DNA from: Bacteroidota bacterium
Lineage (GTDB): Bacteria > Bacteroidota > Bacteroidia > JABDFU01
Assembly (NCBI GenBank): GCA_013286385.1
Contig: JABDFU010000004.1
Span: 3,025 to 67,024 of the forward strand
Direction of reading: 5' to 3'
Length of the DNA: 64,000 bases
The notes under the pieces are model-generated. The model made no database searches. It saw nothing but the letters and a program-made list of their open reading frames with translations, and was not told the origin of the DNA. The translations under genes were made by a program, and so were the position numbers. Of this stretch, positions 1-10,388 are shown piece after piece. Each line of letters starts with the position of its first letter. The stretch's first letter is position 1.

Positions 1-1211
1 TGTACAATCTGGAACAGGTTTACGCCTATCAGGTACAATCCCAAGCCATAAAAAAAGAATCTCCATTTTTTCTGGTTGACCTGTTCAATGTATGCTGCCA
101 GTGGGAGTGCAAAAACAGGATAGGACTGGGAAAGCGCCCTTGTTGAATAACTTCCGCCGTAGCGCCAGTCAAACCAGGAAATGACAATGTAGATGTTCAA
201 CAGGCAAAACCATAGTACTGATTTTTTAAACGGATAGGATTTCAGGTAAAACATACCGGCAATAAAGAATACGGTAACCGGCGTATAAATAAACCATCCT
301 TTCTGCCATCCGATCAAAACCCTGAAAAATGGATTTAAAAAAGTCCATTTGCTGCCCACATCGTAGATGAAAAATCCGGTAGCGATTTGCCAGTAAATAA
401 GCTGGGGCAAAACGCCTAGAAATGCGAAAAGAAGTGCAAAGTATACATGGTTCTTATGCTTTCTGACAAACGACCACTTCTCTTTTGCAGATTCCTTTGT
501 CTCAGTTCCCCAAAGCAAAGGAATAAACAGCATGATAGCCTCCGTTGGCCTGCTGATGGATGCCAATCCTATTACGTATCCAATCATGGCGGCCAAAAAA
601 AGGCCTGGCTTTTCATGCCATTTAATTGTCAGGTAAATCATCACAACATAAAGCGGGAAAATGTATCCATGACTTTGTGCGCTGTCGATGGCAACATACT
701 GAATGATATTGGTTGCCAGCATGAGCAGCAAAAGGGTAATGGCAACAGTGAGGTCGCTGAAATACCGCAACAGGATACTTCTGAGCAAAAACACCGCCAA
801 CAAACAATAGATCAGCACGCCAAAAGCAAGTGAATATTGATAAGGAGCTGAAAAGCCATCAGCGTCATAATGAAATTTTCGGGCGATTAAATGACCGATC
901 AGAAAAAAGGGCGTTTCCAGCATCGCTACTCCCCCAAGGTATTTGAAGACATATTTATTATCCTTGTAAATATTTGCCTGATAAACATGACCTCCTGAAA
1001 GCCCATATTTTTTGTCTATTTCGGGCAACCATTTAAGGGCCGTAACATCGCGGTAAATAAAAATACCGGGCAGGTACATGTAATAACCAAGGGCATCCCA
1101 GGTGGTAATCTTCAGTTCGTGTTTTGATTCGAGTCCCGAATAGGACAGCCGGTATTGCAGCAGTACAATACTGACAATGCAACAAGCAATTAAAGAATAT
1201 ACGTTTTTCAA
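1..1211 (-). CDS. Polytopic membrane protein, GT-C-like glycosyltransferase (runs off left edge)
   Basis: Manual translation from TTG at 1211 gives MKNVYSLIACCIVSIVLLQYRLSYSG...ITTWDALGYYMYLPGIFIY; DxxGYYxYLP is typical of Bacteroidota membrane GT-C-like proteins. Absent from the ORF track, presumably because the stop lies outside the window. Confidence 0.7.
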   Translation of the reverse strand, partial: MKNVYSLIACCIVSIVLLQYRLSYSGLESKHELKITTWDALGYYMYLPGIFIYRDVTALKWLPEIDKKYGLSGGHVYQANIYKDNKYVFKYLGGVAMLETPFFLIGHLIARKFHYDADGFSAPYQYSLAFGVLIYCLLAVFLLRSILLRYFSDLTVAITLLLLMLATNIIQYVAIDSAQSHGYIFPLYVVMIYLTIKWHEKPGLFLAAMIGYVIGLASISRPTEAIMLFIPLLWGTETKESAKEKWSFVRKHKNHVYFALLFAFLGVLPQLIYWQIATGFFIYDVGSKWTFLNPFFRVLIGWQKGWFIYTPVTVFFIAGMFYLKSYPFKKSVLWFCLLNIYIVISWFDWRYGGSYSTRALSQSYPVFALPLAAYIEQVNQKKWRFFFYGLGLYLIGVNLFQIV

Positions 1212-1217
1212 TTACAG

Positions 1218-4200
1218 CTACCTAAGCAAGGTAATAGTTCCCTTTTCTGATATCTTTTTTCCGTTCAGGAGAGTGGCATTCAGGTAATATACGTAAACCG
1301 CTTCCTCGGCTTTTGCATCGTTGTACATTCCGTCCCAACCCTGATTGGGGTTGGTGGAACGGAAGACGTTTTCACCCCAGCGGTCAAACACCAGAAAGTT
1401 CAGATGAACAATGCACGTCCCCCTTACATACAACACATCATTCTCTCCGTCCCCGTTCGGCGAAAAAGCCCTTGGAACAAAAATATCCCCACAGGATGGC
1501 TCTACTGTGATGGTAACGGAGGCTGTGGAACTGCAGCCCTGGTTATCTGTAACCGTTACTGTAAATGTGGTGGTTTGAGAAATATCAATCGTGGGACTCT
1601 GAATCAGGGAGTCTTTCATAGACTCCCCCGGACTCCAGAAATACTGACTGCCACCCGACGCATTCAGCGATAGCTGGGTTCCTGAAACAATAGTCTGATC
1701 GCTTCCGGCCGAGGCCGCTGGCGGATTGTAAACCGTGATCGTAAGACTTGTTGTGGAAGTGCATCCGCTGGCATCTGTCGCTGTGAGAGTATAGGTAACT
1801 GTAGCCGTTGGATTTGCTAAAACAAAGCTTCCGGTAGCTGAAGATAAACTATTGAATGGCAACCAGTTATAGCTAACAAATCCACTGCTACTCAAAAGTG
1901 TCGAATCACCCTGGCAAAAAGCCGAATCGCTTGCAGTAATAAACACCGGAGTTGCTGAACCTGTGCTTGCAACAACCACACTCGATACCGTACTGCAGCC
2001 CTTCGAATCGGTAACGGTCAGGGAATACGTTCCGGCAGCAAGATTGGACGCCAGAGAATCGGTCGAGCCTCCGGATGACCAGGAATAGGTGTAGGCAGGA
2101 CTTCCTCCTTTAACAATTGCTGAAACAGAACCGTCAGAAGACCCGCAGCTTGTTTTTTGTGCCAAAAGCGTATCACTCAGGCCACCCGTCGTTCCTACAA
2201 ACAGGCTGAGGGATTGCGTACAGGAATTGGCATCGGTTACTGTAACCGAATAATTTGCCGAAATAAGACCCGAAACGATCGAAGATCTTGCTCCATCTGA
2301 CCATGCATAGGAATAACTTCCTGCACCGCCGGCCGCACTGACAGCGGCCTGCCCATTCGCAGAAGAGCAGGAGGATGAAACCGTAGACGGAGTGAGAACT
2401 ATCTGCATTGGCGAACTGACGGTAAAGAAGGTGTCCGCCTTACATCCGACATTATCCGTTAACGTTAAACTGTAAGAACCCGCTGCCAGACCCGAAACAG
2501 TTGCGCTGCTGGCGCCGTTACTCCAGACATAAGTATAAGGGGGATTTCCTCCTGCGGGACTCATAACGATACTTCCTGTATGCTGTCCGAAGCAGTTGTT
2601 TTCAGTTATTGAAACTGATTTCAGACTTAGGCCTGAGGTTCCAGAAACAACCGTATCAGCAGTTGTTGTACAGGATCCACCATCGGTCACAGTGAGGGTG
2701 TAATTACCGGCCGAAATATTGCTTAAGGTCGCGGCAGTTGAGCCACTGGACCATGAATACGTAAATGCCGGCACCCCACCGCTTATAGAAACGGTTATCC
2801 CTCCACCGGAAGCGCAACCGGCGTTGGTTGGAGTAAGGCTGCAGCTAAACGCAGAAGAAACAGTGACCTGCAAAGGCACCCTGAAGAAACCGGGACAGGA
2901 ACCCACATAATACGTTGTGGTTGTGGTTAAGACAGGAGTTGTAAAATCAGGTCCGGTTCCCAGACTGCTGCCACCTGTTAGAGAATCGTACCATAGTAAA
3001 ATTGCTCCTGCAGGAGCAGTTCCGCTAAAACTTGCACTCAGGTTCAGCGAAGCTCCTCCGCATAGTGCGGTATCTCTTGTAACAATATCGTAGGTTGATA
3101 AGCTCTGATTCATCAACCCATTTGCTCCGCTTGTAGCGCCGTTAGGCGGAAACAATTCACCGGCTTTGTTTAACAGGGGGCTGTTTGTTGTTCCATTTGC
3201 TCCCCCGTTTACCTGCTGAGCCATAACTCCCGCACTAAGAGCTATGTACCCTCCGCCACCACCTCCACCAGGACCTTCAGCTTCAGTCGGGGCTCCAAAA
3301 TCCAAAGCACCTTTTACAACATTCTGATTCCCACCGGAACCTCCGTTTGCGAAAGCTTGCAGGGAGCCCGTTACCGTTGAGTTAACCAGTATTGTACCTC
3401 CCGCCCCTGCGCCTCCGGCCGCGTCTATTCCTATGTAATTTGTAGCAGCGGGAGTCCCTGTGGTGTTTCCTCCGTTGAGTCCGTTTGCCAGCAGCTGACC
3501 CGAACCCGATACTGTGCCGTAGCATTGAATGTAAATAAGCCCGCCCCCATTACCACCTCCGCCCTCGTATCCGTTATCCCCCTGACCTGCTCCTCCGCCA
3601 CCTCCCAAATAAATCCTTCCGGTACTATAGTCGAGTGGTCTTCCGCCCAGTCCACCTACATTGCTGCGATAATCGCCTCCCCAGGCGTGATTGCCAGGAG
3701 CAACAGTTAAAGGATTGTTTTGTTTATTCGCCCAGGAATAACCGCCTCTTCCACCGCCGGTGGAAGGTGATAACGGAACCCAAGCCCCTTCGAGAGCCCA
3801 GGCAGCATTGTAGGCCGGATTGGGAACCCCTCTTCCGTTCCAAAGCAAAACACTCGCATTTCCGGCATTTGCACCACCCCCTCCTCCTGCATTCCAGGAA
3901 CAACCTCCACCGCCTGCATTGGCAATAGCACCTCTGCCATATTCTCCTATCCGCAGATTGTAAACAGCCTCAAATCCGGCAATCCCCTCTCCTTTAAATG
4001 CTCCCCAATCCACATTCGATGTCCCGCTGAAATTTTCGTTACCGCTAGTTCCAGGGGTCGTAACCGTATCAGCGCCCCTGAAACCGAGACCTGTAACATT
4101 AATGCTTCCTCCGGAACTGATCAGGGTATTTCCACTGATTTCAATCACACAAACGCCTCCGTCTACTCCGTTCCAGGCCTGCGCAGCAAGTACTCCGCCG

Positions 4201-4694
4201 GCATTGATGGTCAGCGAAGAATAACGGGGAACCCTGACAACCTGCGTGCGTCCCGAATCAGCTAAGTAATTATTCAGGAGCGGACAACTCAGGTCTATAG
4301 TCGTCGAACCCGACACATCTTTTACTTCGGCAAATTCGTAAGTTCCTGTTCCGTTATAGGCCAATATCTGGCCAATGCTGCTGTCGTTCGGAAGAGCAAC
4401 CAACGGTGATCCGCTAGTAAAATCTCCGAGAATCCAGGCGCCCTGCGTCTGATAGATAAACAAAAGATCACCTTCCGCAAGGTTTGAAGGAAATCTCAGG
4501 TTCGTATTCAGCGTATTGGAACTAACCTGTATCGAAGTGTTTCCTGCAGTGATGTTTGCAGTCAGGTCGATGTACTCGTTAACAATTGTGTTGGCCGCGC
4601 TGACTGTAAGGGCTCCACTTTTCCCTCGTTGCGCGAGGGAAAAGAAGGACAAAGAAACCAGGAAACCCAATAAAATAAATCGCTTATCTTTCAT
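1218..4694 (-). CDS. T9SS type-B cargo surface protein (Gly-rich N-terminal region, SprB-like/PKD repeats, gliding-motility-associated C-terminal domain)
   Basis: Signal peptide from MKDKRF; GGxxPYTYxWSxG repeats; C-terminus FVPRAFSPNGDGEND...FDRWGE...WDG...KGTITLLR. Confidence 0.9.
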   Translation of the reverse strand: MKDKRFILLGFLVSLSFFSLAQRGKSGALTVSAANTIVNEYIDLTANITAGNTSIQVSSNTLNTNLRFPSNLAEGDLLFIYQTQGAWILGDFTSGSPLVALPNDSSIGQILAYNGTGTYEFAEVKDVSGSTTIDLSCPLLNNYLADSGRTQVVRVPRYSSLTINAGGVLAAQAWNGVDGGVCVIEISGNTLISSGGSINVTGLGFRGADTVTTPGTSGNENFSGTSNVDWGAFKGEGIAGFEAVYNLRIGEYGRGAIANAGGGGCSWNAGGGGGANAGNASVLLWNGRGVPNPAYNAAWALEGAWVPLSPSTGGGRGGYSWANKQNNPLTVAPGNHAWGGDYRSNVGGLGGRPLDYSTGRIYLGGGGGAGQGDNGYEGGGGNGGGLIYIQCYGTVSGSGQLLANGLNGGNTTGTPAATNYIGIDAAGGAGAGGTILVNSTVTGSLQAFANGGSGGNQNVVKGALDFGAPTEAEGPGGGGGGGYIALSAGVMAQQVNGGANGTTNSPLLNKAGELFPPNGATSGANGLMNQSLSTYDIVTRDTALCGGASLNLSASFSGTAPAGAILLWYDSLTGGSSLGTGPDFTTPVLTTTTTYYVGSCPGFFRVPLQVTVSSAFSCSLTPTNAGCASGGGITVSISGGVPAFTYSWSSGSTAATLSNISAGNYTLTVTDGGSCTTTADTVVSGTSGLSLKSVSITENNCFGQHTGSIVMSPAGGNPPYTYVWSNGASSATVSGLAAGSYSLTLTDNVGCKADTFFTVSSPMQIVLTPSTVSSSCSSANGQAAVSAAGGAGSYSYAWSDGARSSIVSGLISANYSVTVTDANSCTQSLSLFVGTTGGLSDTLLAQKTSCGSSDGSVSAIVKGGSPAYTYSWSSGGSTDSLASNLAAGTYSLTVTDSKGCSTVSSVVVASTGSATPVFITASDSAFCQGDSTLLSSSGFVSYNWLPFNSLSSATGSFVLANPTATVTYTLTATDASGCTSTTSLTITVYNPPAASAGSDQTIVSGTQLSLNASGGSQYFWSPGESMKDSLIQSPTIDISQTTTFTVTVTDNQGCSSTASVTITVEPSCGDIFVPRAFSPNGDGENDVLYVRGTCIVHLNFLVFDRWGENVFRSTNPNQGWDGMYNDAKAEEAVYVYYLNATLLNGKKISEKGTITLLR

Positions 4695-4738
4695 ACGGAC
4701 AACCCTTCCCAGGCCAGAATACAAGATACAAAAAATAC

Positions 4739-6499
4739 CTATTGCACGCCAGGCTTATCCTGCAGCATCAGTTCCCGTATGTATTTTACCGGTGCGCTGC
4801 CATAGCTAAGAAATTTTTCATGAAAAGCTTTCAGGTTAAACTGATCCCCCATTTTCTTTTTAAGCTCCTCCCTGAAATCATAGATTTCGGTGAAACCTGT
4901 AAAATAGCTGCAAAGTTGCACTTGTGTGAGGGAAACCCTTCTCCATTTTCCTTCGGCTTCGGCTTTCTGCTGAAATGCCTCGCTCGTTAATAGCTTCATG
5001 GCGTCCTCCTTTTCCATTCCCAGGGCATGCACGCTATAATCCAGTATCGTATTGCAGACCGTGCGCAAATGCCATTTGTAATACATGAGCCACATCTCAG
5101 GCTCATTGTTTCCGTATCCGCTTTCAATCATCATGCGTTCTGTATAAACGGCCCAGCCCTCTACCATGGCTCCGTTTCCGAACAAAGATTTAATCAGACT
5201 GGGACTCTGGTTGCTGTAGACCAGTTGAGTGTAATGACCGGGAATGGCTTCGTGTATGCACAAAATCTGAAGAATGTAATTGTTATACTCCCTCAGGTAA
5301 CTTTCGGCCCTATCAGGAGCCCAACCGGATAAAGAACCTACGTTGTAATAGGTATTGCCGTTTTTGTCATACGGACCCGGCGCATTAATAGATGCACCGG
5401 CAACTCCCGCCATATAAGCAGGCTCTTTGCGTATAACCAGAGGTTTGGTCGAGTCTATGAAAATCAGGTTTTTCTTTTTAATAAAGTCAACCAGAACAGG
5501 AATCTGCCGCTCAATAGTCACCTGAAAGGAGTCGGCCTTAACATGCTGAAGTGCAATTTTTTCAAGAACACTGCGGGTAATTTCAAGATCCTCAGCAGGC
5601 ATTTTTTCGCTGCCCATGTATTTTTTCCAGAGCGACTTGCTGATTCTGGCCATTTCGGCATGCAACTCATCCTTTCGCTTAAGGGCGCGTTCATAGATTT
5701 CTTCGGAAGTGAAACGGGATTGAATGTCAAATCTGAATTTTGCCTCAAAAAGATCCTTGCCCAGGTGAAAGCTTCTGGGAGTGTCATTTTTCATCGTTTT
5801 CAGCCATTCGGCATAGTCCCTGACCGCCTTTGCCGAATTAACAATACTCGTTTCAAACTCTTTTTTAACGGATTCGCTAAGGCCCGAAATTTTTACCGAA
5901 TCCAGCAGGTCTTTTTCCAGAACCGAAACCGAATTCAGGTTTTGCTCAATTCCCAGCTGGGTATGTTCTTTGGTAGGATTTTTCAGGTATTTCCTGGCCG
6001 ATTCATAATAAGCAGGTGTACTTTTCAGTCGCCCGTATATTCCCATCAAACGTACATCGAGTTTCGCATAATTGCCATTGAGCAATTCGGCAATGCCGCT
6101 TACTACATTGTAATCCGAAGGGTTCCATTCAAAAGACTTATAGGAAGTGTTGTTCCAGATCAATTCATTCAGCTGATTCTCGATCAGGTAATAATCGGTT
6201 TTATTGTTGGAGCTGAGCTTCTGAAGATCATAGGATTTTAACGAATCCAGATTGGCTTTTGCAAATTCATTTTCAAGGGCCCTGCTGGCCTCCGAAGGAA
6301 CAATAAGAATACTGTCGTAATTGTGATAGCCCTGACTGGCAGCCCAAACGGGATATACTTTCCAAAGTTTTTCGATAAAACTGTTTTTATACGAATCGAA
6401 GTGTTGATCACTATTGTCGTTTTGTTGATTGCTATTCTTATTCTGACCGCAGGAAGCGAACAGTACAGATGCTATTGCGAGTAAGGCTATTCTTTTCAT
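4739..6499 (-). CDS. DUF885-family lipoprotein
   Basis: Lipobox FASC; HEAIPGHY and EGWAVYTE motifs; C-terminal FNLKAFHEKFL. Confidence 0.9.
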   Translation of the reverse strand: MKRIALLAIASVLFASCGQNKNSNQQNDNSDQHFDSYKNSFIEKLWKVYPVWAASQGYHNYDSILIVPSEASRALENEFAKANLDSLKSYDLQKLSSNNKTDYYLIENQLNELIWNNTSYKSFEWNPSDYNVVSGIAELLNGNYAKLDVRLMGIYGRLKSTPAYYESARKYLKNPTKEHTQLGIEQNLNSVSVLEKDLLDSVKISGLSESVKKEFETSIVNSAKAVRDYAEWLKTMKNDTPRSFHLGKDLFEAKFRFDIQSRFTSEEIYERALKRKDELHAEMARISKSLWKKYMGSEKMPAEDLEITRSVLEKIALQHVKADSFQVTIERQIPVLVDFIKKKNLIFIDSTKPLVIRKEPAYMAGVAGASINAPGPYDKNGNTYYNVGSLSGWAPDRAESYLREYNNYILQILCIHEAIPGHYTQLVYSNQSPSLIKSLFGNGAMVEGWAVYTERMMIESGYGNNEPEMWLMYYKWHLRTVCNTILDYSVHALGMEKEDAMKLLTSEAFQQKAEAEGKWRRVSLTQVQLCSYFTGFTEIYDFREELKKKMGDQFNLKAFHEKFLSYGSAPVKYIRELMLQDKPGVQ

Positions 6500-6730
6500 A
6501 ATTGTTGTTTATTTGCGGGCAAATGTACCGTATTTCTTCTTAAAATAAGTCTATTTGCCGCATTTAGCTTATCACTTCTTCAATAACAATCCGTTTAAAT
6601 TAAATTTCTAAAAAGACCAGCATTAGCCTGGAAGGTGAGAAAATCCTGTTGATTTTTTGCGTAAATTTGTTGAGCAAAATCAGATTCATTGAGTTTGAAT
6701 TTAATCTTTCTTTCGTTTGAACTTCTCCCG

Positions 6731-6929
6731 GTCGAGTAAGCAAGGGCATTTCAGCCCGAGCTTCTCACAGAACCGTACGTGACAGTTGCCCGTCATACGG
6801 CTCTTGTTATCAAAATCCCTATTTGAATCCAGATTGCCAGTTATAGAACAGTGTCGGGGTTTGGGCTTGTATTGCACGTAATTTTCTGTATGCTCCGCCT
6901 TTGTTGATTTTGTATTTATCCATAATCCA
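6731..6929 (-). mobile_element. 5'-truncated group II intron: last 36 codons of the maturase plus domains V and VI
   Basis: Minus strand 6803-6770 = GAGCCGTATGACGGGCAACTGTCACGTACGGTTC (34-nt domain V), then a DVI stem ending ACTCGAC at 6731. The upstream frame WIMDKYK...PTLFYNWQSGFK* (stop 6821-6819) resembles a maturase C-terminus. Confidence 0.9.
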
Positions 6930-7205
6930 TGGAGTGGTCTTGTATTATTGTATCATTTGTTGCCCAGCGAATGACTGTACAGCCGTATTTATTATTTGGT
7001 AAATCTTTGAATGTGATTGTAGCCATTGGTGGATTAAACCATCCCGTGTTTTCATCCCACCCTTTATTTATTAATTGCCAACAATTTTTTCTTTTATTGC
7101 CATACTCCTACCAAATATTCCGACAACAGCAATAATGAGGATGAGAGCCGCAACAATCGGATGTTTTTTTACCGTAGTCCATATTGTTGTAAATACGTTC
7201 CTCAT
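6930..7205 (-). pseudogene. Probable frameshifted and truncated membrane-anchored protein gene
   Basis: ATG at 7205 abuts the previous stop. MRNVFTTIW...IVAALILIIAVVGIFG...EKIVGN* stops just after an A-run; a protein-like frame (WQLINKGWDENTGWFNPP...) continues up to the intron junction. Confidence 0.4.
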
Positions 7206-7961
7206 CTATTTCGTTCCGAGCTTATCATTAATGGATTTCAAATAATCAGAATTTATAAATCTTTTATCGCTCGCAACTGTTTTATTATAATAGTCCAAAG
7301 CTCTTGAATAATCCCCTGTTTCAAAATACAGATGGGAATATAGATTATTTAATTGCGGAAAGTCAGGCAAAATCTTGGCAGCCTTGTCTAAAATGCTGAA
7401 CGCTGCATCCACAAAGGCTTTATTCTTGGTCTGCATAAATTTATCTATGTATGGATTCGTAGCATCCAGTGAAAGAAAGACAAAATCAGAATCAGAGCGT
7501 GATTTATACAAGGTAAATGCCCTATTATACAATGGAATGGCTTCATCATCCCGATTTTGTTTTGCCATTATATCCCCGAAGCCCCAATAAATCTTATAAT
7601 TCGTTGTGTCAAACAGATATGCCTGATTAAACCGTTTGCTTGCGATTTCATTGTTACCTGAACGGAAAAACGTCCAAGCCTTAAATGCAAAAATATTGCC
7701 TGCCTGCACGCTATCGCACTTGCAATCCTTCAGTACATTTCTTATAAAAACATCATCGCTTAATTTTAGCCTTGCACTTTCATTCTTATGATTGTACAGT
7801 GGGGAAAGATTATGCTGCTGCTTTTCCACTCTTCTGTTATTTTCAATATCAGCCTGTGTTTTAACATTGTTGATATATCCAGTATGCAAGTTAATATCCG
7901 AAGGGTTTCTGCTCGCAATGCAACCAGCCAAACAAATAATAAAACCAAAATACTTTTTCAT
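7206..7961 (-). CDS. Tetratricopeptide-repeat lipoprotein
   Basis: Lipobox LAGC; TPR-like helices (ASKRFNQAYLFD, GDYSRALDYYNK). Confidence 0.75.
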   Translation of the reverse strand: MKKYFGFIICLAGCIASRNPSDINLHTGYINNVKTQADIENNRRVEKQQHNLSPLYNHKNESARLKLSDDVFIRNVLKDCKCDSVQAGNIFAFKAWTFFRSGNNEIASKRFNQAYLFDTTNYKIYWGFGDIMAKQNRDDEAIPLYNRAFTLYKSRSDSDFVFLSLDATNPYIDKFMQTKNKAFVDAAFSILDKAAKILPDFPQLNNLYSHLYFETGDYSRALDYYNKTVASDKRFINSDYLKSINDKLGTK

Positions 7962-7977
7962 TCCTGATGCCCTACAT

Positions 7978-9396
7978 TTAAAACTTTATTCCTACCTCAA
8001 TTTTAAAACCATAATCGCTGGGATAAGTCTGTGAGCTTAAAAGTTGTCCGAATACACTTAATCCCACAACAAGTGCGTTATCAGATTTCGGAACAAAATA
8101 AATCCCTGTGTTTCCGTACATCCCAATTATTAAGTTTGAAGTGGAATTTCCATATTCATAGGTAATCAATTCGCTGCCAATTGGCACTTGTACCCGAAAA
8201 TTGAACATAAAATAATCGCCAATCCTTTTAAATACATTTACTCCAGGCTTGACATAATATATGCTTTCTGTTTGCCCACTGCTGACGGAATTTAACTGAA
8301 TGTATTCAAAGGAGACCACTGCAGGGAAAATCCATTCATCATCAGCCTTTTTTGCCCATTTGTAAAAGGACAAAGAATAGCCTGTTGCGTTGACACCGTA
8401 CGCATAAGAAAATGTAAGTAAATATTCTTTCGGAGTTTTCTTCTCTTTTATGTATGAATTTTCCTGTGATAAATTCGGGGGACGATTATTCTGTTTGTTT
8501 ACAGAGGAAGTGTCATGGGAAATTGGTGTAGCAGGTCTGAACGAATAATATTTGTATAAGGAATCTCTTTCACTTGCTTTGCTGATGGCATAAGATGAAA
8601 CGTCTGAAATAGGTATGGTGTGAATTTTCCCAAATACTTCATACGAAATGCTGTCTGCAGTTACCTCGGCAATGATTATACTGTTGTCAAAGGATTTTCC
8701 TGTGGACTTTAATACAATGTCATCCTCTGATTTAGAATCCTTTTCTTTATTTCCCGATTTTGCGTAGGCATCAGATACATTCTGAAAATGTATGATTCCG
8801 TTATTTGCTAATTCACTGCCATTCATCAGGGAGGAAGCGGAATCTCGATACTGCCGTGCCAACTTAAATTTTGACTTGTTTTTGTAATACACTTCCATGT
8901 CCTGATAGCTGGCTGCTATTCCCTGCTTGTCCCCGACTTCTTTCATTAATTGTAATGCCTTTTTAAGCGATTCCAAGGCTTCAGGATATTTGTATTGGTC
9001 AATGTAAACACCAGCAATATTAATCAGGCATATTCCTGTTTCTTTTTTATCCCCGACTTCCTGTATGGTGTTTAATGCGGAGATATAACTTTCTAAGGCT
9101 CTGGATAGTTCAGATTTATGGATGTAAACACTACCGATGCTTACGTAACAGGCGTATGTTTCCTTTTTAACTCCTCTTTTTTCACTGATTTTCAGAGCTT
9201 CATTATAATAGTCCAAGGCATCCCAATATTTTTCCTTGGCAAAATAGGTATCAGCAATGTTACGTGCGATTTTATATCTGTTGGTATCTGAAACGGATGT
9301 GTTTTTGTAAACAGTCAGCAGCGAATCCATTTTCTTTTTCTGACCGAAAAGAAATGAGCAGTAAAAAATAAATAAAAATGATAGCAGTGGTTTCAT
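7978..9396 (-). CDS. Secreted protein with N-terminal TPR array and C-terminal outer-membrane beta-barrel-like domain
   Basis: Signal peptide; TPR motifs (ALDYYNEALKI, ALESYISAL, ALESLKKAL); C-terminal amphipathic strands ending GFKIEVGIKF. Confidence 0.7.
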   Translation of the reverse strand: MKPLLSFLFIFYCSFLFGQKKKMDSLLTVYKNTSVSDTNRYKIARNIADTYFAKEKYWDALDYYNEALKISEKRGVKKETYACYVSIGSVYIHKSELSRALESYISALNTIQEVGDKKETGICLINIAGVYIDQYKYPEALESLKKALQLMKEVGDKQGIAASYQDMEVYYKNKSKFKLARQYRDSASSLMNGSELANNGIIHFQNVSDAYAKSGNKEKDSKSEDDIVLKSTGKSFDNSIIIAEVTADSISYEVFGKIHTIPISDVSSYAISKASERDSLYKYYSFRPATPISHDTSSVNKQNNRPPNLSQENSYIKEKKTPKEYLLTFSYAYGVNATGYSLSFYKWAKKADDEWIFPAVVSFEYIQLNSVSSGQTESIYYVKPGVNVFKRIGDYFMFNFRVQVPIGSELITYEYGNSTSNLIIGMYGNTGIYFVPKSDNALVVGLSVFGQLLSSQTYPSDYGFKIEVGIKF

Positions 9397-9479
9397 CTAC
9401 CGCAAGTTACAAATGTTTTTCGTCTGGAATAATCAGGTAAAATCCAGCAGTTACTTGAAAAGGATTTTTTAGAACCAAT

Positions 9480-10196
9480 CTAAAATGAAATATTTAAACT
9501 TCCAGTTTTTCCGCTCTTAATGAGCATTGACGCACTGTCAGAGTAAGCAATCTTATTAACTGTAAACTGCCATTTCAAAAACAGGCGCTTATTCGGCATT
9601 ATGTGATAAACAAAGGTTGTATCTAATAGTTTGGAATTACTGTTGAAATTTCCTCCCGCTGAAGTTAAATTATTGAAATTGGAAATCAAACTTAGGGTGC
9701 TGCCTGTTGCTTTTGAAGTGTCTTTTAAATGAATGCTCAGATAAGCTACAGGGACACAGGATATATTTGAATTAAAATAACATTCGTATCCATTGTAAGA
9801 TGCAGCTGGAGCAGGATGGATAAATACTGTTTGACCAACAAAACTGTCATTACAAGCTCTAAAAATGTAATTATTATTTGCTAAGCTGGCAATTGTGCTG
9901 AAGGGCTGAATAAATTCAAAAATACCTTGGTTGTAGCTGCTGGCAGGCATATAGCCATCGTTTGACACTCCGTTGGTAGTGGCAGAATCAGTAAGAAGAT
10001 AAAATATTGTGGAGCCGCAAATGGGCACTTTTGTTACGGAATCACTCACTACCCCTTGAAACATTGCTATTGGCGGAGAATTATGTGCTGCTGTTCCCAA
10101 TGGCTGATTATTGGAGGTATCCTTAGAACAGTCAACAAGGAAAATGGAAATGGCAGAAATAATCAAAATGCTTATCGGAATTCTGCCTTTCTGCAT
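9480..10196 (-). CDS. Hypothetical lipoprotein
   Basis: MQKGRIPISILIISAISIFLVD-C lipobox-like signal; GVVSDSVTKVPI resembles a carboxypeptidase-regulatory-like strand; promoter-like TATCTTAG just upstream. Confidence 0.7.
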   Translation of the reverse strand: MQKGRIPISILIISAISIFLVDCSKDTSNNQPLGTAAHNSPPIAMFQGVVSDSVTKVPICGSTIFYLLTDSATTNGVSNDGYMPASSYNQGIFEFIQPFSTIASLANNNYIFRACNDSFVGQTVFIHPAPAASYNGYECYFNSNISCVPVAYLSIHLKDTSKATGSTLSLISNFNNLTSAGGNFNSNSKLLDTTFVYHIMPNKRLFLKWQFTVNKIAYSDSASMLIKSGKTGSLNISF

Positions 10197-10388
10197 ACAG
10201 CTAAGATATGTCAATAAAAATTCAGAATCCAGCTATTACTGTACACTCCTGCTCCGAAATCCATCCGCCAAATTCCTCATTCCCTTAACCTGAGCCGAGT
10301 TATGCTCCCGAAAAAGTACAATCCTCCCAAATTCCTGCCCCCCTCCCAAATTTCCCCCTCTTTTCCTCCATACTTTCCCAAAAAATCC

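Noticed and set aside
447-833. 128-aa plus-strand ORF and nested 61-aa ORF
   Set aside because: Shadows of the minus-strand membrane protein gene starting at 1211.
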